Position numbers and translations under genes: made by a program | Notes under the pieces: generated by a model | What the model was told of the DNA's origin: nothing | The model's database searches: none | The model's input: only the letters and a program-made list of their open reading frames with translations | Assembly (NCBI GenBank): GCA_028534125.1 | Contig: CM052818.1 | Location: 42,968,001-43,032,000, forward strand | Reading direction: 5' to 3' | From: Lama glama | Taxonomy: Eukaryota | Length of the DNA: 64,000 nucleotides | Part shown: one piece after another, positions 25,619 through 38,330 of the stretch | Position numbering within the stretch: the first letter of the stretch is position 1 | Layout of the letters: every line of letters starts with the position of its first letter

Positions 25619-27578
25619 CTCAAGGCCAGAAAAAATGTATAGTTGATGTATTTGGGGACTTTAAATGGTCTGTGTGCTGATCTATATTAGGTGTTCTAAA
25701 TCGAGACTGATAACAAAAACATGGATACATAATCTCCTCTCTGTTTTTATTCTATACCAATCATTCCAGTATATAGACCAATAAACGAGGAGAAGCTATG
25801 CCAAGGTCACAGGGGTGGTTCATGCCAAATAAAGACTGAATAGCCGTCTTCTGACTCCCACTGGGTTCCTGCTATAGGAACCATCCTGGTGTAGGAGAAG
25901 GAACTTGTTTGCACTTAAGATTCCTGCCAAGTGTTGACTCTTTCAACACCCAGATTCCTTCCCTTGACTTTTCAATTACCTGCTTTGTTTTCTTAGGTAA
26001 CTAGCTTCTTGGATTCCTAAATCTGCACAACACACACTTTATGCCATCAGTCTCTGCTGTCACAGTTCCATCCGGTTTCCTGCCCTAGGTGATGTTGCTT
26101 CCAAAGGGAGTGAAAGAGCCACTGTGTGCACCCAAGAAGCTAACCCAGTAAGTCACTGAAGCGTGGGAAGAAGAGAGGGCTAGAAAACACGAATACAGAG
26201 TTCTCCTAATGATACATCAGCTTTTTATTTTCCCTTTCATTCAAGTATCACGTGTTTTGCAATGATGCCAACATAGGGACAGACATTAATCCTTTGAAAC
26301 TGTTCAGGTTAAACAAAAGGACAAACCTGTTTCCAAACAGAAATGACTATGAAGGCGTTAGCTGTGAACGTGGCAGACAGATGGCGTCTACCCAAACAGA
26401 TACCTTTCACACACGTGGAATTTCCCTACGAGGGGGTCCGCATATTTGATCAATGATACAATTTCATCTGTAGATAAACCTTACAACTGCAGAGCTGCTG
26501 TGGCTACAAAAATTACAGTAGAGCTGCCATCAAAGAAACTAATATGAGAATGGGGGGCTTTCTAAAAATTGTAGATATAGTTCCTTACCTCATTCAGTAA
26601 AGTAACAGGAATATAAAGCAATTATCTTTATTAATTAAAACATCTCAGAGTCTTTTTTACACTTACATTTTAGTATAATTCTCATGAAATGTTCAATTCT
26701 CATTGAATATTCTCTGAATGCATACTGTGGGCTTAGAAGTTCCTGATAACCGAAGGTAAAAAGAGTTGAATGATTCTGCTTCCAAAATCTTAAAATCCAG
26801 TGTGACAATAAGACATGGACAGTATTGACGGGAACAGCTACTTTAGATTGGATTCCTTTGGAACGCTGATGGACCCGACTTAGTAGATATCTCTCCCTTA
26901 CTTTAAACTCTGCCTATTGGCTGGCTCCTTACTTGCGGACTATGAAAAATCACAAATCTGTCTTAAAAGATCCCTTAACATTCTATTCTCTCTAAGACAC
27001 TATTCCATCCTATTTCTTCCCTTTACCTACAGGCTGCTCCACCAAACTGTTACCCCAGAAGGTAAAGACCCCGGTTCATGTCATACTTGAAAGATAATTT
27101 CACAGTCTGGAGACGGTGCATTGTGCAGTGAAAGATTTTAAGATTTATTTAGAAAAGAAAAAGTGCGCCTCCAAGAGTGGGAGGCAGGCTGGTCCAAGGG
27201 AGGAAAGCGGTGGGTTTTGTCTCCCCTTTCTCTTATGTCCTCACTTAGAGGGGTTCTCTTGATTGATTGACGGCTCTTGTCCCTGGAATGCTTAGTCTAT
27301 TTGGCTGCTTTGTGCATGTCCTCACCCATGGTGTACACAGAAAACCCGTGGGGGAGGGTGCTGCTGAACCGCAGTGTTACTATAATACAATGAGCGTTGC
27401 GTTATGTTCGGTTAAGTCCTTTCTGCTACCGCGCAGCCGTGGCTGTCAGGGTCTAACCTGTTTCTTGCTAGCACTCATTTAGAAGGAATATAAAGCAAAG
27501 TCCCTTAATGCTGGAGGTGGGCATAACGCCGTCTTCTGGATCATCCTCCCTCTCCTCCACCTACCTGCCCAGCCCCCC

Positions 27579-28188
27579 TATTGCCGAAAATTCGGCCCCC
27601 GTCCCTGACGAGCCAAAGAATTCAGAGACCGGGTCTTGGAGCTTAGAGAAAAGAGGCAGCTTTATGACTTTGCCGGGCAAAGGCACGGCAGGCCTGTGCC
27701 TTCAAAACTGTGAGCCCGTCTTAGGGATGGGGCTTAGTGATTACATAGGGAACAAATTGGGGAGTAAAGGGGGATAGCAATCAACAAGAGTCTCTGGTGA
27801 AGCTTCCTCCTGAATCTTGGCGAGTCTGTCCAGCATCATGGGACCATCCGGGGTTCTGGAGGGTTATCAGCCCGCGACCTTCTTTGTCTGGTCAGACTCA
27901 TTAGGCCCCAGGAGGGAATTCAGAGGGTCCGGTCACTCTCCTGAGGTTGCCGTCCGGTGACTCCCTTCCTAGGGGGATGACTCAGAATCCAAACAGGATT
28001 GTAAATTTCAGTTGCCAGAGTGAGGTGGAACAAACAGGACAAATAATAACTCTGACTTTAACTGTAACAGTGGGCCTAGGCCTGGTGGCAGTGTCGCTGA
28101 GGCAGATTTGCTGACCGTTGTAAAAGCAAATGGCAAATATAAAGCCAAGAATTAGCCTAAGTGCAGCCATTTTATTATTTCTCTTTCA
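27579..28188 (-). mobile_element. ERV1-class solo LTR B (610 bp)
   Basis: Termini ta(=tg)ttgccg...ctttca; 4-bp TSD cccc at 27575-27578 and 28189-28192; R/U5 motif aaagaattcagagac shared with the LTR at 63270. Confidence 0.82.
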
Positions 28189-28203
28189 CCCCACTTACCT
28201 AAC

Positions 28204-28830
28204 TGAGACAGGAAGCGGGCAGGGCACAGCCATTCAAGGAACGCTACAGCAATTAACAATTAAATGGTGAAAGATTCAACCCCCAGTAGGCCCTGAGGCT
28301 CAAGATGCTGGGAGATTTAACCTCTAGCAGATCCTGAGCTTCATCGTAAACCCATTGTAGTAGATTAACATGTGAATAACATCCCACAGGCACCACGGCG
28401 GTCCCAAGGCTAGCCACAAAAGGTCAAAGAGAGGGAAATGGCCAACTTCCTGGGAATCCCAGCCCCGTCCCCAGGCTACTTAGACTGGTCCTGCCACTTA
28501 TTAGTATATGAAGCCACCAAGCCCATAAAAACTGTCCATACAGCACCTCGCGGCAGTCCCTCTCTCTCCCCCCTCAGAGACGGCCCGCACTCTGTCTATG
28601 GAGCGTGTACCTGCTTTTAATCTGAGCACCCAACCCCCACACCTCATGGCCTTCCTCTTGCCTTTCAATGGATCTCTCTGAATAAATCTATCCTTACTCA
28701 ACTGTGGCTTGCTCTTGAATTCTTTCCTGCATGAAGCCAAGGACCCACACTAGGTGGGGCACGTCCCAGGGGCTCAACCGAAGCCTGGGACATGGCCCTC
28801 CTCACGCCCCACATCTGTTCCCCTGCATCA
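28204..28830 (+). mobile_element. ERV1-class solo LTR C (627 bp)
   Basis: TGAGACAGG...CCTGCATCA termini; 4-bp TSD taac at 28200-28203 and 28831-28834; TATA-like cataaaa near 28524; AATAAA at 28681. Confidence 0.88.
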
Positions 28831-29494
28831 TAACCACCTAACAAAACCACTGTCTCCACTTCCTGAACTCCCATCAATTTTTACTCATCTGGGGGTTGGC
28901 TTGGCCGCCACTGAAACACTTTTATAAAAATGCCATCAGTCCTTTGTAATTGCCAAATCCATAGAGTTCTTTTCCATTTTTAGCCCATTTCCTCTTCAAT
29001 GGGCTCAATACCACTTGCTACTCTTCTTGATCCATTTGTTCTGTGGCTTACACGTCTCTTTTGATTGATTCTTCTCTTTTCTCTGACATTGTTTGTAAGC
29101 TCCTTTGCTGGGTCTTCTTTATATTTTGCGATGTCAGATAGGGCTCTGTCGTGGCATTTACTTCCCCCTCAGTCTCCTGACTGACTCCTCTACTGTAGCT
29201 CGAAATTCAGCCAAATGCTGATGATCCTCAGATCTGTTTCCTCAGCCCAGATGCCTTGAACTCCAGACCTGTATATACAGCTGCCTAGGAGACAATTCAT
29301 AGCACTTCAGATCTGCTTAGCCACATGGACTGTCTGCCCTTCCCATTCTGCTCTCCCACTGTGGCCGCTGTCTCTCGTGTCATCAAGAATCAATTAGGCC
29401 CCTCACTAGAGATTCAGGAGTTGTCCCAGGATCCTTCATCTCCCTCTTCTTTGAAAAAAATTAATGTATTATTAAGGTAAGGAAGTATCTTATT

Positions 29495-29945
29495 TCTATT
29501 TTTTTCTCTTTTTAATTTTTTTAAATTGGAGTATAGCTGGCTTACAATGTTGTGTTAATTTCTGGTGTACAGCATAATGTTTTAGTTATACACACACACA
29601 TATATATATATTCCTTTTCATATTATTTTTCATTATAGGTTATTGCAAGATATTAAATACTGTGCTATACAGTATGACCTTGTTTTTTTTATCTATTTTA
29701 TAACATCATAGTTAGTATCTGCAAATCCCAGACTCCCAGTTTATCCTTCCACCCCCACCCTCTTACCCCTCTAGTAACTGTAAGTTTGTTTTCTAATGTC
29801 TATGAATCTGTTTCTATTTTGCGAATAAGTTCATTTATGTCATATTAGTGTTTTTTTCTTTCTCTTTCTGGCTTACATGGCTTAGTATGACAACGTCCAA
29901 ATCCATCCATATTGCTGCAAGTGGTATTATTCATCTTTTTTCCAT
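29495..29945 (-). mobile_element. 5'-truncated L1 3' end
   Basis: T-rich tail, attggagtatagctggcttacaatgttgtgttaatttctggtgtacagc ... atccatccatattgctgcaagtgg; no clear TSD. Confidence 0.9.
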
Positions 29946-31399
29946 TGCTCTATAATCAGTCCAAGCAGGCAGCTATCTCTGGATAATCTTGTATATGGGT
30001 ACGACCCTCTCTTGCTGCCCTATTACAATAGCCTTCTAACTAGTCTCCTCTCTCTCGCTCTCTCACCGCCCCCCCCACACTCACGCACATTTTTCTTGCT
30101 TTGGCATTGGTTGACCTGCTCATAACACAAATCCGATCATGCTCCTGGTTAGTTCTATTCAGGTGACTCACTGTTTGCACACATAACCTAACTCTTAAGT
30201 ATGACACTCAAAGTACCCCCTCCCATACCCCTTGCTCTATTTGTAGCCTCCTCTCTTTCATCCGGTTACTGGCAGTTTCTGGTTACACGTAAATGTGTCT
30301 CATTTAACGCCTGTGCTCATGTGAATGTTTTCTATCGGAAACGCCCTACTCCATACCAACCCTTTTTGGCTAACACTCGAGTTTCAAGACATGTCATATT
30401 GCTTTTATGTCACCTCTGCTGCATCACATTTAACGATCTCTTACCACTCCAGGTGCAATTGACTTTATTTTCCTGACGTAACGTATGTGTTTATCAGTGC
30501 ACTTCTAATGTTGATCGAACAAATGTGCTTTTGCCTTTATTTTCTCTTGAGTTCTGTCTTTTGTACACCCAAGCATGTGCCTAGAACATAACGGAAGATG
30601 TGCAATAAAAGTTTGTTGAGTCAGTGATCAAATAAGTGCAATTTACAAATACCTGAAAAGTAGATAAGATTGAATAGAAAAAATATTGGAGAGGGATAAG
30701 ACTGTCTCGTGTTTTAGAAACAAGAGGAATAAAGAATTTTTGACATCAGGAAAGACTTCATGAAGGAAAACGCAATTGCTTCAGGTCTGTAGAAGACATA
30801 GGAACCTAGAATGAGGGTGACCCGAGACCCAGACTACGGTCTAACATCCTATCTTTATCATGAAATCATTGCATAGACACAGTGTGAAGAAAAATATTTC
30901 TTGGTGATAGAAATTTCTGTTTGCGTAATCACACTTTTCCTGACCATTAACAGCAAAAACTCCACATCCTATTGCCTTAGAGAATTTACTCTATCAGACA
31001 GTTCTTCTCCAGCCTTTGCTACTAGAAAAACATTACATGTATCTGAAGCCAGAATTCCCATTGCTTTTCCCAGTGATTATTTATTGCTCAAAAATACTGC
31101 TTTTTTTTTTTTTTTTTTGCGGGGCAGAGGTTGGGGGCAGACACTGCTCAGAAAGGTAGATAAAAAAGTTACACCACCCTTGTTCTTTTCTATACTTTAT
31201 CTTTCCACTGCATCCCTGAGACAATTACAGAAAACCTCTGCATAAGCAAAAATCTGTCTATACTCTAAACGCATCGTGCCCTTAGGAGTCCAATTGTTAG
31301 CGTGATTATGAAAATTCTGATTACTTAAAATTTTTCCCTTATAAAAATGATAGCAATAATAATTCTTTATCTTAGTCTGAGACTTAATAATTTACATTT

Positions 31400-31570
31400 T
31401 GGGTTCTGTTACTTCATTTGAAGCCTCAGAACAAAACTGGGAAGCAGTATTGACATTTTCTTTATAGAGATGAGAAAACAGGAACTCAAGATTGATTTTC
31501 TCCCTCAAAAGTACAAAAGTGGTAAAGAATAATGCCAAAACCTGAATTCAGACCTTTTTCACATAGTATT
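31400..31570 (-). mobile_element. MIR
   Basis: ttcatttgaagcctcagaacaa ... tttatagagatgagaaaacagga ... ctgaattcagacct. Confidence 0.6.
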
Positions 31571-31653
31571 TTCTTCAGGGTGGTGCTATCTTTATCCTCT
31601 TATTTCTCTTTCCCAAGATTTTTGCAGTAAAGCCATTACAGCTCAGCTCATTT

Positions 31654-31785
31654 TGTTTTGCTTTTGTTTGGTGGAGGGAGGTAATTAGGTTTATTTCTCT
31701 ATTTTTGGAGGAGGTACTGGGGATTGAGCCCAAGACCTCATGCATGCTAAGAATGCGCTCTACCATTTGAGCTGCACTCTCCCCC
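31654..31785 (-). mobile_element. tRNA-derived SINE, camelid vic-1-like
   Basis: Minus strand reads gggggagagtgcagctcaaatggtagagcgcattcttagcatgcatgaggtcttgggctcaatccccagtacctcc (A and B boxes), then aataaacctaattacctccc and an A-rich tail. TSD ctcagctcattt at 31642-31653 and 31790-31801. Confidence 0.92.
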
Positions 31786-32019
31786 ATATCTCAGCTCATT
31801 TAGAACCAGCTCTAAAGAAAAATTAGATTGAGTAGGTATACATACATCAAGCATTTAAATTATGCATAATTCCAATTCCATTATTATATAAAATGGTAAA
31901 ATACAGTAAAAAAACAATGGGACCTTTTGATTAAAATTCAAAGAAAAAATGTCCTACTTACAAGGGAAGAGGAAAACATTCCTCACTTTAGCAGGAAAAC
32001 TAGATCCACCATGAATACT

Positions 32020-32180
32020 AATTCATGCGTTCATTCATTCATTGGTTTCTGCGTTCATTCACTCACTCATTATCCAAGAAACAACTTGCACAAATAGAAC
32101 AGCGAGCCAGACATGTGTTGACCCTGAATGAGCTACAAAGGTAACTTGATAATGAACTCTGTTTTGAGGGGTTAATTATA
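32020..32180 (-). mobile_element. L2 3' end with (TCAT)n terminus
   Basis: ttcattcattcatt ... gagccagacatgtgttg. Confidence 0.55.
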
Positions 32181-33669
32181 TCTTGGCAGGTTGAACTTAA
32201 TTTAGAATCTTCTATCATAAAAAACATTTTTATGTAGGAATGGTTATAGCAATATTTTGAGGATGTAATCCACTGTTATCACAAAACCTTGTTTTTATGA
32301 GAACTCCTAAGAGAAATTTAAAGATGGGAACCAGGAAAATGTTTGGTTCTTCTAAGAAACAAGCTTATTCTTTTCACTATATGGCTGAATTTTGCCCCTG
32401 TGTTTATACTTCCCCCTTTAATTGATAAGGCTTAGAGTCAAGTTACTTTGGTCACAAAGAATCACCAAGCAATATATATGCTCTCCTCTAGGAACTCCAT
32501 GTCGTTTTATGATTTGCATTTTGGATATTAATCCGTCTCTTAGTACCATCTTGCTATTTTAATTTTGCCCTCATTCTTCTATTTTCATTATATTGTGTTT
32601 TGCTGTCAACATCTCTGTGAGCCATGTTTAAGTATTTTTCTGAAAAAAAAAAAAAAAAGCCCCACAGGATATAAATTTAAAACAAAGAATGAGTGAGGGG
32701 GAGAAAAAGGAAAGATGGAGAAAGAAAGGTAAGAAGGGAGGAAGAGAGATTATAAGGACCTTTCAGAATTAATTTAGCCTAAATTTGCTCCCAGTGCAGG
32801 AATCTTCTTACCAATGTTGTTAAGTGATGTTCATCTGCTTTTCTTGTGCACATTTTAACAGATTAAAAAATTATAGCCCCCATTCTTCCCATGACAGCCC
32901 ATATCATGGTAGGAAAGCTGATTATCTGGAAGTTCATCCTTCTGTTAGGAGACATTGGACTCTGACAACAAATTTCATGTCCAAATTCAAAGCTTTGAGT
33001 TTTATTTAGATTCATAAATGCAGGGAAGAATAAACAGCGTTTCCTTTTTTGTTTTCCTTTGAGATGACACAAAGCCCAAAAGCTGATTCTAGAAAAAGAG
33101 GTGTTAATAGGATCTGGAGGAGAGACTCGCGGTTTGATATTCGGAGACAAAGGCAGGCTTGCTGGGCTGTCTTCTCTATCAGATCTTCATCACCCACCAC
33201 GCTGTGTCATTGCTCACAAGCTGTAGCATCAACGTGCTGCTCCGACATCCCTCCCTAGCCCCTCTTTCCCTCCAGAAATAAATGTTATTGATCAGCCGTG
33301 GTCACATTGAAAGCTGGCAGGAATGCGTGAGCTTATTAAGTTTCTTTATTAAAGTTGAATATAATCTGGGAAGAAGAGTTGGTTCCCCCTGGATTTATGG
33401 TCATGTATATTTTCCCCTTGTAATCCTCCATTTGTAACATTTCATTACACACTGTCTAATGAGGTTTGGGGATATTTTTGTTTGGTAAAGGCTTTTTGTC
33501 ACGCTGCTGTTTCCCAATCATTAAAACCTCAATAGAGGGTCTACAGGGAAAGATGCCAAGAGCAGCTGTGGGTAACATGCACTCAATTATATTTGCTCTA
33601 ATTTATAAGGTGATTGGAGACTAAATTTTAGATCCAAGGAGTTTAACCATAACATTCACCCCTTAGTGT

Positions 33670-34415
33670 CCTTATGTCCTGTCATCATTTTTCTTTCATA
33701 TCTCTCAAATTTCTTCAAGATCGTATTTTTCCTGAAGCTTTTTTTTTTTTTAGGTCAGGCCTCCTCTTGAATTTTAGTAAAAGCCTTCTGACTGGTTTTT
33801 CTGCTGCCAGTCTCCTTCAGCCCTCCCATCTTTTATTTCTCTTCTGCAGCTCAAGTGATCCTTCTAGAATGCAAATCAGACAATGTCACCCCATGGCTTA
33901 AATTCTCCGATGACTTCTCATTACCTTTAAGCTGAAACCCAAGTTCATTGTTAAACTCATAAAGCCTGCCTCTTAAGGTGATGCTATGCCTGATTCCCTA
34001 GCTCTGTATTTAGCCAAGCCTTCCTGCCCTCGCCATCCCTCACCTTGCCCTCCAGCTTTGATAAACTCCTTACCATGTTCCTAATACTCTGCATAGCTGT
34101 GCCCATGATGCTGTAATCTTTCTTCATCTAACTAACTTTCATTTACCCTCTGAGAGCCGTGTGTTTTCCAAGAGCTCCTTCCTGCTCTCCCCATGTGTGT
34201 CAATCGCACCAGGACCTCTCCACCTCAACACTTGAACCACATTCAGTTACAATTACCCAGTTACTTGAGTTTTTAACCACTACACGTAAGTGCTTTGAAG
34301 TCAGATCCTGTGTCTTCATAACTCTTCAATCTAGTTGGTGGCTTTGTCCCTGGCACAGAGTAGATATTTAATAAAACTCTGTTGAATGATTGAGTGAAGG
34401 AATGAGTAAATAAAT
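33670..34415 (+). mobile_element. L2 3' portion
   Basis: agccttctgactggttttt, agtgatccttctagaatgcaaatcagacaatgtcac, cctggcacagagtagatatttaataaa..gttgaatga. Confidence 0.85.
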
Positions 34416-34994
34416 ACAAAAAACAAAAATTAAAATGAAGCAAAGAGTGTAGAATTGGTCATTGTTTACCAAAGAATTCTCTGCTTCAGAAAGCAAGGGT
34501 TGTGTTGTCAGAAAAAACAAATCTAAACAAGGTATTTAGATATAGTTTAGATCTGGAAAGGACCTCAGAGATTCCTTAAATTGTTTCGATGAGTCTAGTT
34601 CAGACTTTCCAACTGATTGATGCAGAAACTGAATCTAAGAGAACTCAGGGCTTCCTAGGGTCACAGAACCACCCCCTCAGAGCTGGAGCACAGGGCTTTT
34701 AATTACTGCTGATGTACGAGTGTGACAGGCTAGCTACTTCTTTTTTATCAGGATTGCAATGGTATATGGTATATGCTGTCTTCCTAAAAATACATATTAC
34801 TCAGCAACCCATATGGTTAGAGGCAGGAGTTCTAAAAGAGGACTGTTCAAACCACAGGGTTCTCTTAAGTTTTCAAGTTTCACTGGAGAAAACTTCAACA
34901 TTTTTCTGAAATACACTCTTGATTCATCATGAGTTAAGAATGCATTAACACCCCCACAAAATGTAACCGAGAAAATGTGTTTCACCTGAAGGTG

Positions 34995-35028
34995 TGTGGT
35001 GTAATTAAAAATGTGGTGTAATTAAAAA
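34995..35028. repeat. Perfect 17-bp tandem duplication
   Basis: tgtggtgtaattaaaaa x2. Confidence 0.95.
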
Positions 35029-36099
35029 TCTGAATGTCTCCGTTTCTTCCTGGTATTTATGTTTCCTTCTATTCTGAGTCTAGTTCAACTATCTACTTAG
35101 GCCTTTCCATCAAGGGCTGAGTATCAGGAGATAGTTAAATGTCTCCATTCTAAGGTGCCATCGGGATAATTTTGAGCAGGAATTCTCCCAGCTTGTTAAT
35201 GGTAATGTCAAAAGCGCTACAGAACTTTTCGATATGTCTAATACTGAAATAGATATTATGCATTACGTTTTAATAAGATTACACAGATTTACTGGGCTGT
35301 CGAGTTGGCTGAAATGATTGCAACTGGAAAGTGCATGTGGACAGGAAGCTGTTATTGAGAGTCACATATTTCTTTACCCAATAACAATGACAAAAAAAGA
35401 ATTAAAACATTATGGAATAAATGTACTTTATTTGGTAGACATTTGCTTTCTAAAAATGGTGCCCCTCCCCCCAAAAACCTAACAAAAGGTCTTTTGGTTT
35501 TAACAAAGTTGATGCCCCTTGGAAGTGTGTAATCCCCTCATTCCTCAGGTCTGATGTTCCGAAAAAAGACTCTGGAACCGGATAACTAGAAGTCATCATT
35601 TGACTATGGCTATTGAAGGATCTTGTAGATTGAGCAGAGTCCTGAATTCTCAAGGACTCTTGAGGTCAGAGACAACTTGTATCAATGTAATTATTGGGGT
35701 TTAAAGCCTGGATAGAAACTTACAAGTCAGCAAACTGATAGAAAATTCTGGAGTCTCATCTAATATTTGAACTTTTGTTGCTGACATAGATGAGAGCTAA
35801 AAATGGGAAAGTTTCTGATTTATACAAGATCCCATCATAGTTGGTCGGTGGCAAAACCGAAGTCCTCTGTTGGTTGCCCAGTGGCCAAAGACAACAGCTC
35901 TCTTTAATTTTGCTGTAAACACAGTTATCTGTCAATCAACTAATTATAATTTATGATTATTCCCAAACTAATATAAAGAGAGGAGATATTATCACAATGT
36001 TTTTAAGAGAAATCACATTCTAAGATGCTAAGCTTTCACCACTATTCAATTCTTGATGAATGGGGAACATGAATCTTCCAGAAATGCAGTGTCCTATTA

Positions 36100-36245
36100 A
36101 AAATGTTGTATGGGAAAATAATACTAGAACTGGAGTTATAACCTATATCTAATTTTGCTTCTTTTGCCAAATTGCTGTGTGACCTTAAATAAGTCACTTC
36201 GCCTTTTGAACTCTCATCCCTTACCTAGACAAGTAGGAGTGGGTA
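36100..36245 (+). mobile_element. MIR
   Basis: ttgctgtgtgaccttaaataagtcactt is the MIR core. Confidence 0.7.
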
Positions 36246-38164
36246 TTGTTAAAATGTGTTCTTGGGGACCTTTGGCTTCTTTGAAGTTGTCTTAGGACAA
36301 GGATGAAGCCAGTTCTATCTAACCAGGGCTGACTGTATTCCCTTAAAGAAAGCACTCATAATATCCCATTTATATACTTTTTCTGGCAAATTATTCAACT
36401 GCATTTGCCCCTTAAAAGCTATCAACCTCGTAAACAGTTTGAGCATCCAAATTTTATGAAAATGCGTGATTTCCTTAACCATGGACAATTTTTCCGCTAG
36501 GCTGCATTGTTAAGGCATTTGAAAAGGTTCTAACTCAGGTTATTTCCCTTCTTTCAGTGGTTGATTGGTGACGGTTGAAAATAAAATTAGAAGGTGGCCC
36601 CCAACTGTGAAATGACTCATAAGGAAAGTTCAAAGTGTTCTCTTTTGAAAGGTTCTTTGATTAGGAAAGTGTTTTATTCCCTTAAAATATCTTGGATTAA
36701 ATGTCCACCCCACTTAGAATGATCTAATGTCAGAGCCAGAAGGGGCCTTAGTTGCACTTTTTACAAACATCTTTTTATGGATGTGAAATTTGAGGTCCTA
36801 AAACATTTTCCTGATCGAGGAAGGGAACGATCCTACAATATTAGAAGCTCTTTATTAATCGTTCTTACATTTGTATACTATTTTAAAGTTTATGAAGTAC
36901 TTTTTTACATAATTCTTAATTTCATAAGCATTAACAGCCATTGAGAAAGGTAAGACAGTTATAAATACCTTGTTTTATGTTGAAAAGATAATAATTAACA
37001 AAGTCAAGAAGAGAATCAAGGCTTTCTGTATCAAACCAGTGTTATTTCTACTCACTGATCTGTCTTGGATTTTTAACTTTCCTTATTAAAAAAGGACTAA
37101 AATATTTGATGCTGTAATTTTTAACAATTTCTTTTAACAATTTTTAACTTTTCACAATTTCTTAATCAGATTTCCCCCTCTTTCTAATAAAATTATTAAC
37201 AACAGTGAGATTCAAAAAATTATTTTACAGGAGAAGAGTCTGATGCTAAATCAGTGAAACAAAAACTCAAATATTTTTGTACACTTCTTTCCATATTTGT
37301 TAGCTGAATGGGAGATAGTAAGGAATGACGTCTGGGGCAACTCTAGTGAAAGAAGTCAAGGGTCTTGCATATGTCACAAGCTGCTAGATTTTGTAAGGGA
37401 CAGAAACAGTATGGCCCCACTCCATAACCGAGCTGAATCTTTTGTGAACTCACCAGATTCTTAGACTCATGGGAGAGAGCTATTGTGGGCACACTCATCT
37501 CTCCAATTTGCCAAGAATCCTCAGAAAAAGAACAGTCATGGCTTGTTCCAACTTCTTTCTAACAATTTGCCAAAAAATGATAGGAAAAAAAAAGCTATCA
37601 GTTTAAAAACTCACAATAAAACATTAAGTCAGTAAATAGAATATATAAAGTAAAACCAAGGATAGAGATTAATTGGCTTTAGATTATAGAATGTGATACT
37701 AAGCCGTGGCACATCAGTATTAGGTGCTTAGCTTGCATTATAGAAAGGGAAGAAGGAAGACAAGTTGAATGGGAAGAGAGGTTTTCCAAGCCAAATCGGA
37801 AGTCACTTTCTGTCCAACACAAACCCCATAGCATGAGGTTACGGCTAAGCAACAGAAAGAAGAATAAATAGCCACCGCCCCAAAGAACAGAGACGGCTTT
37901 TGTCCGCAGCCTCTCCCACCCCGACTGCCTCTGCGTCTAAGCTACGATGTGTAAGCAGTGGATTTCAGAGTCACCCGCTCATTCCAGAGAGACTGTATTT
38001 CCTCCAGATCTAGAAAGACTGGACTGATGGCTTCATAAGCCAGTGGATTGGAGCCCTAAGACTCCTTCACAGGTTCCAAAAGAGAGGCCGGTAGGGAAGA
38101 AGATAACTCCAAATCTTATGCTGCCATGAGTAAGAGCATGGCAGCCAAAACTTACTATTTACAA

Positions 38165-38330
38165 AATATTTTTATTTTACTTTATGAGACAACTTGAAGA
38201 ACAACCATATGAAGTGGTCGATGGAAATATGACTTTAATTTATAGTGAAAAACATGAGACTCAAGAATGTTAAGTAAATTTCTCAGGGCCCTATGAGTGT
38301 CAGGAGAACACTAGACCCAGGTACCTTAAC
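38165..38330 (-). mobile_element. MIR
   Basis: aacaaccatatgaagtgg ... aaacatgagactcaagaatgttaagtaaatttctcagggcc. Confidence 0.65.

Larger units (their letters stand above)
27048..28843 (-). mobile_element. ERV1-class solo LTR A (about 551 bp when reconstructed), interrupted by LTRs B and C
   Basis: TGTTA...TAACA termini; 4-bp TSD aaac at 27044-27047 and 28844-28847; minus-strand AATAAA at 27144-27149. Confidence 0.85.
26960..30640 (+). mobile_element. Fragmented L2 hosting the LTR nest and an L1
   Basis: ccactgaaacac ... ttgccaaatcca (RT region, ~28910-28960); tctgtttcctcagcccaga ... ctccagacctgtatatacagctgcct; atagccttctaactagtctc; terminus tgcaataaaagtttgttgagt. Confidence 0.75.

Noticed and set aside
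31700..31785. tRNA-like sequence as a tRNA gene
   Set aside because: It has a SINE tail and TSDs and mismatches in the B box, so it is a retroposed SINE copy.
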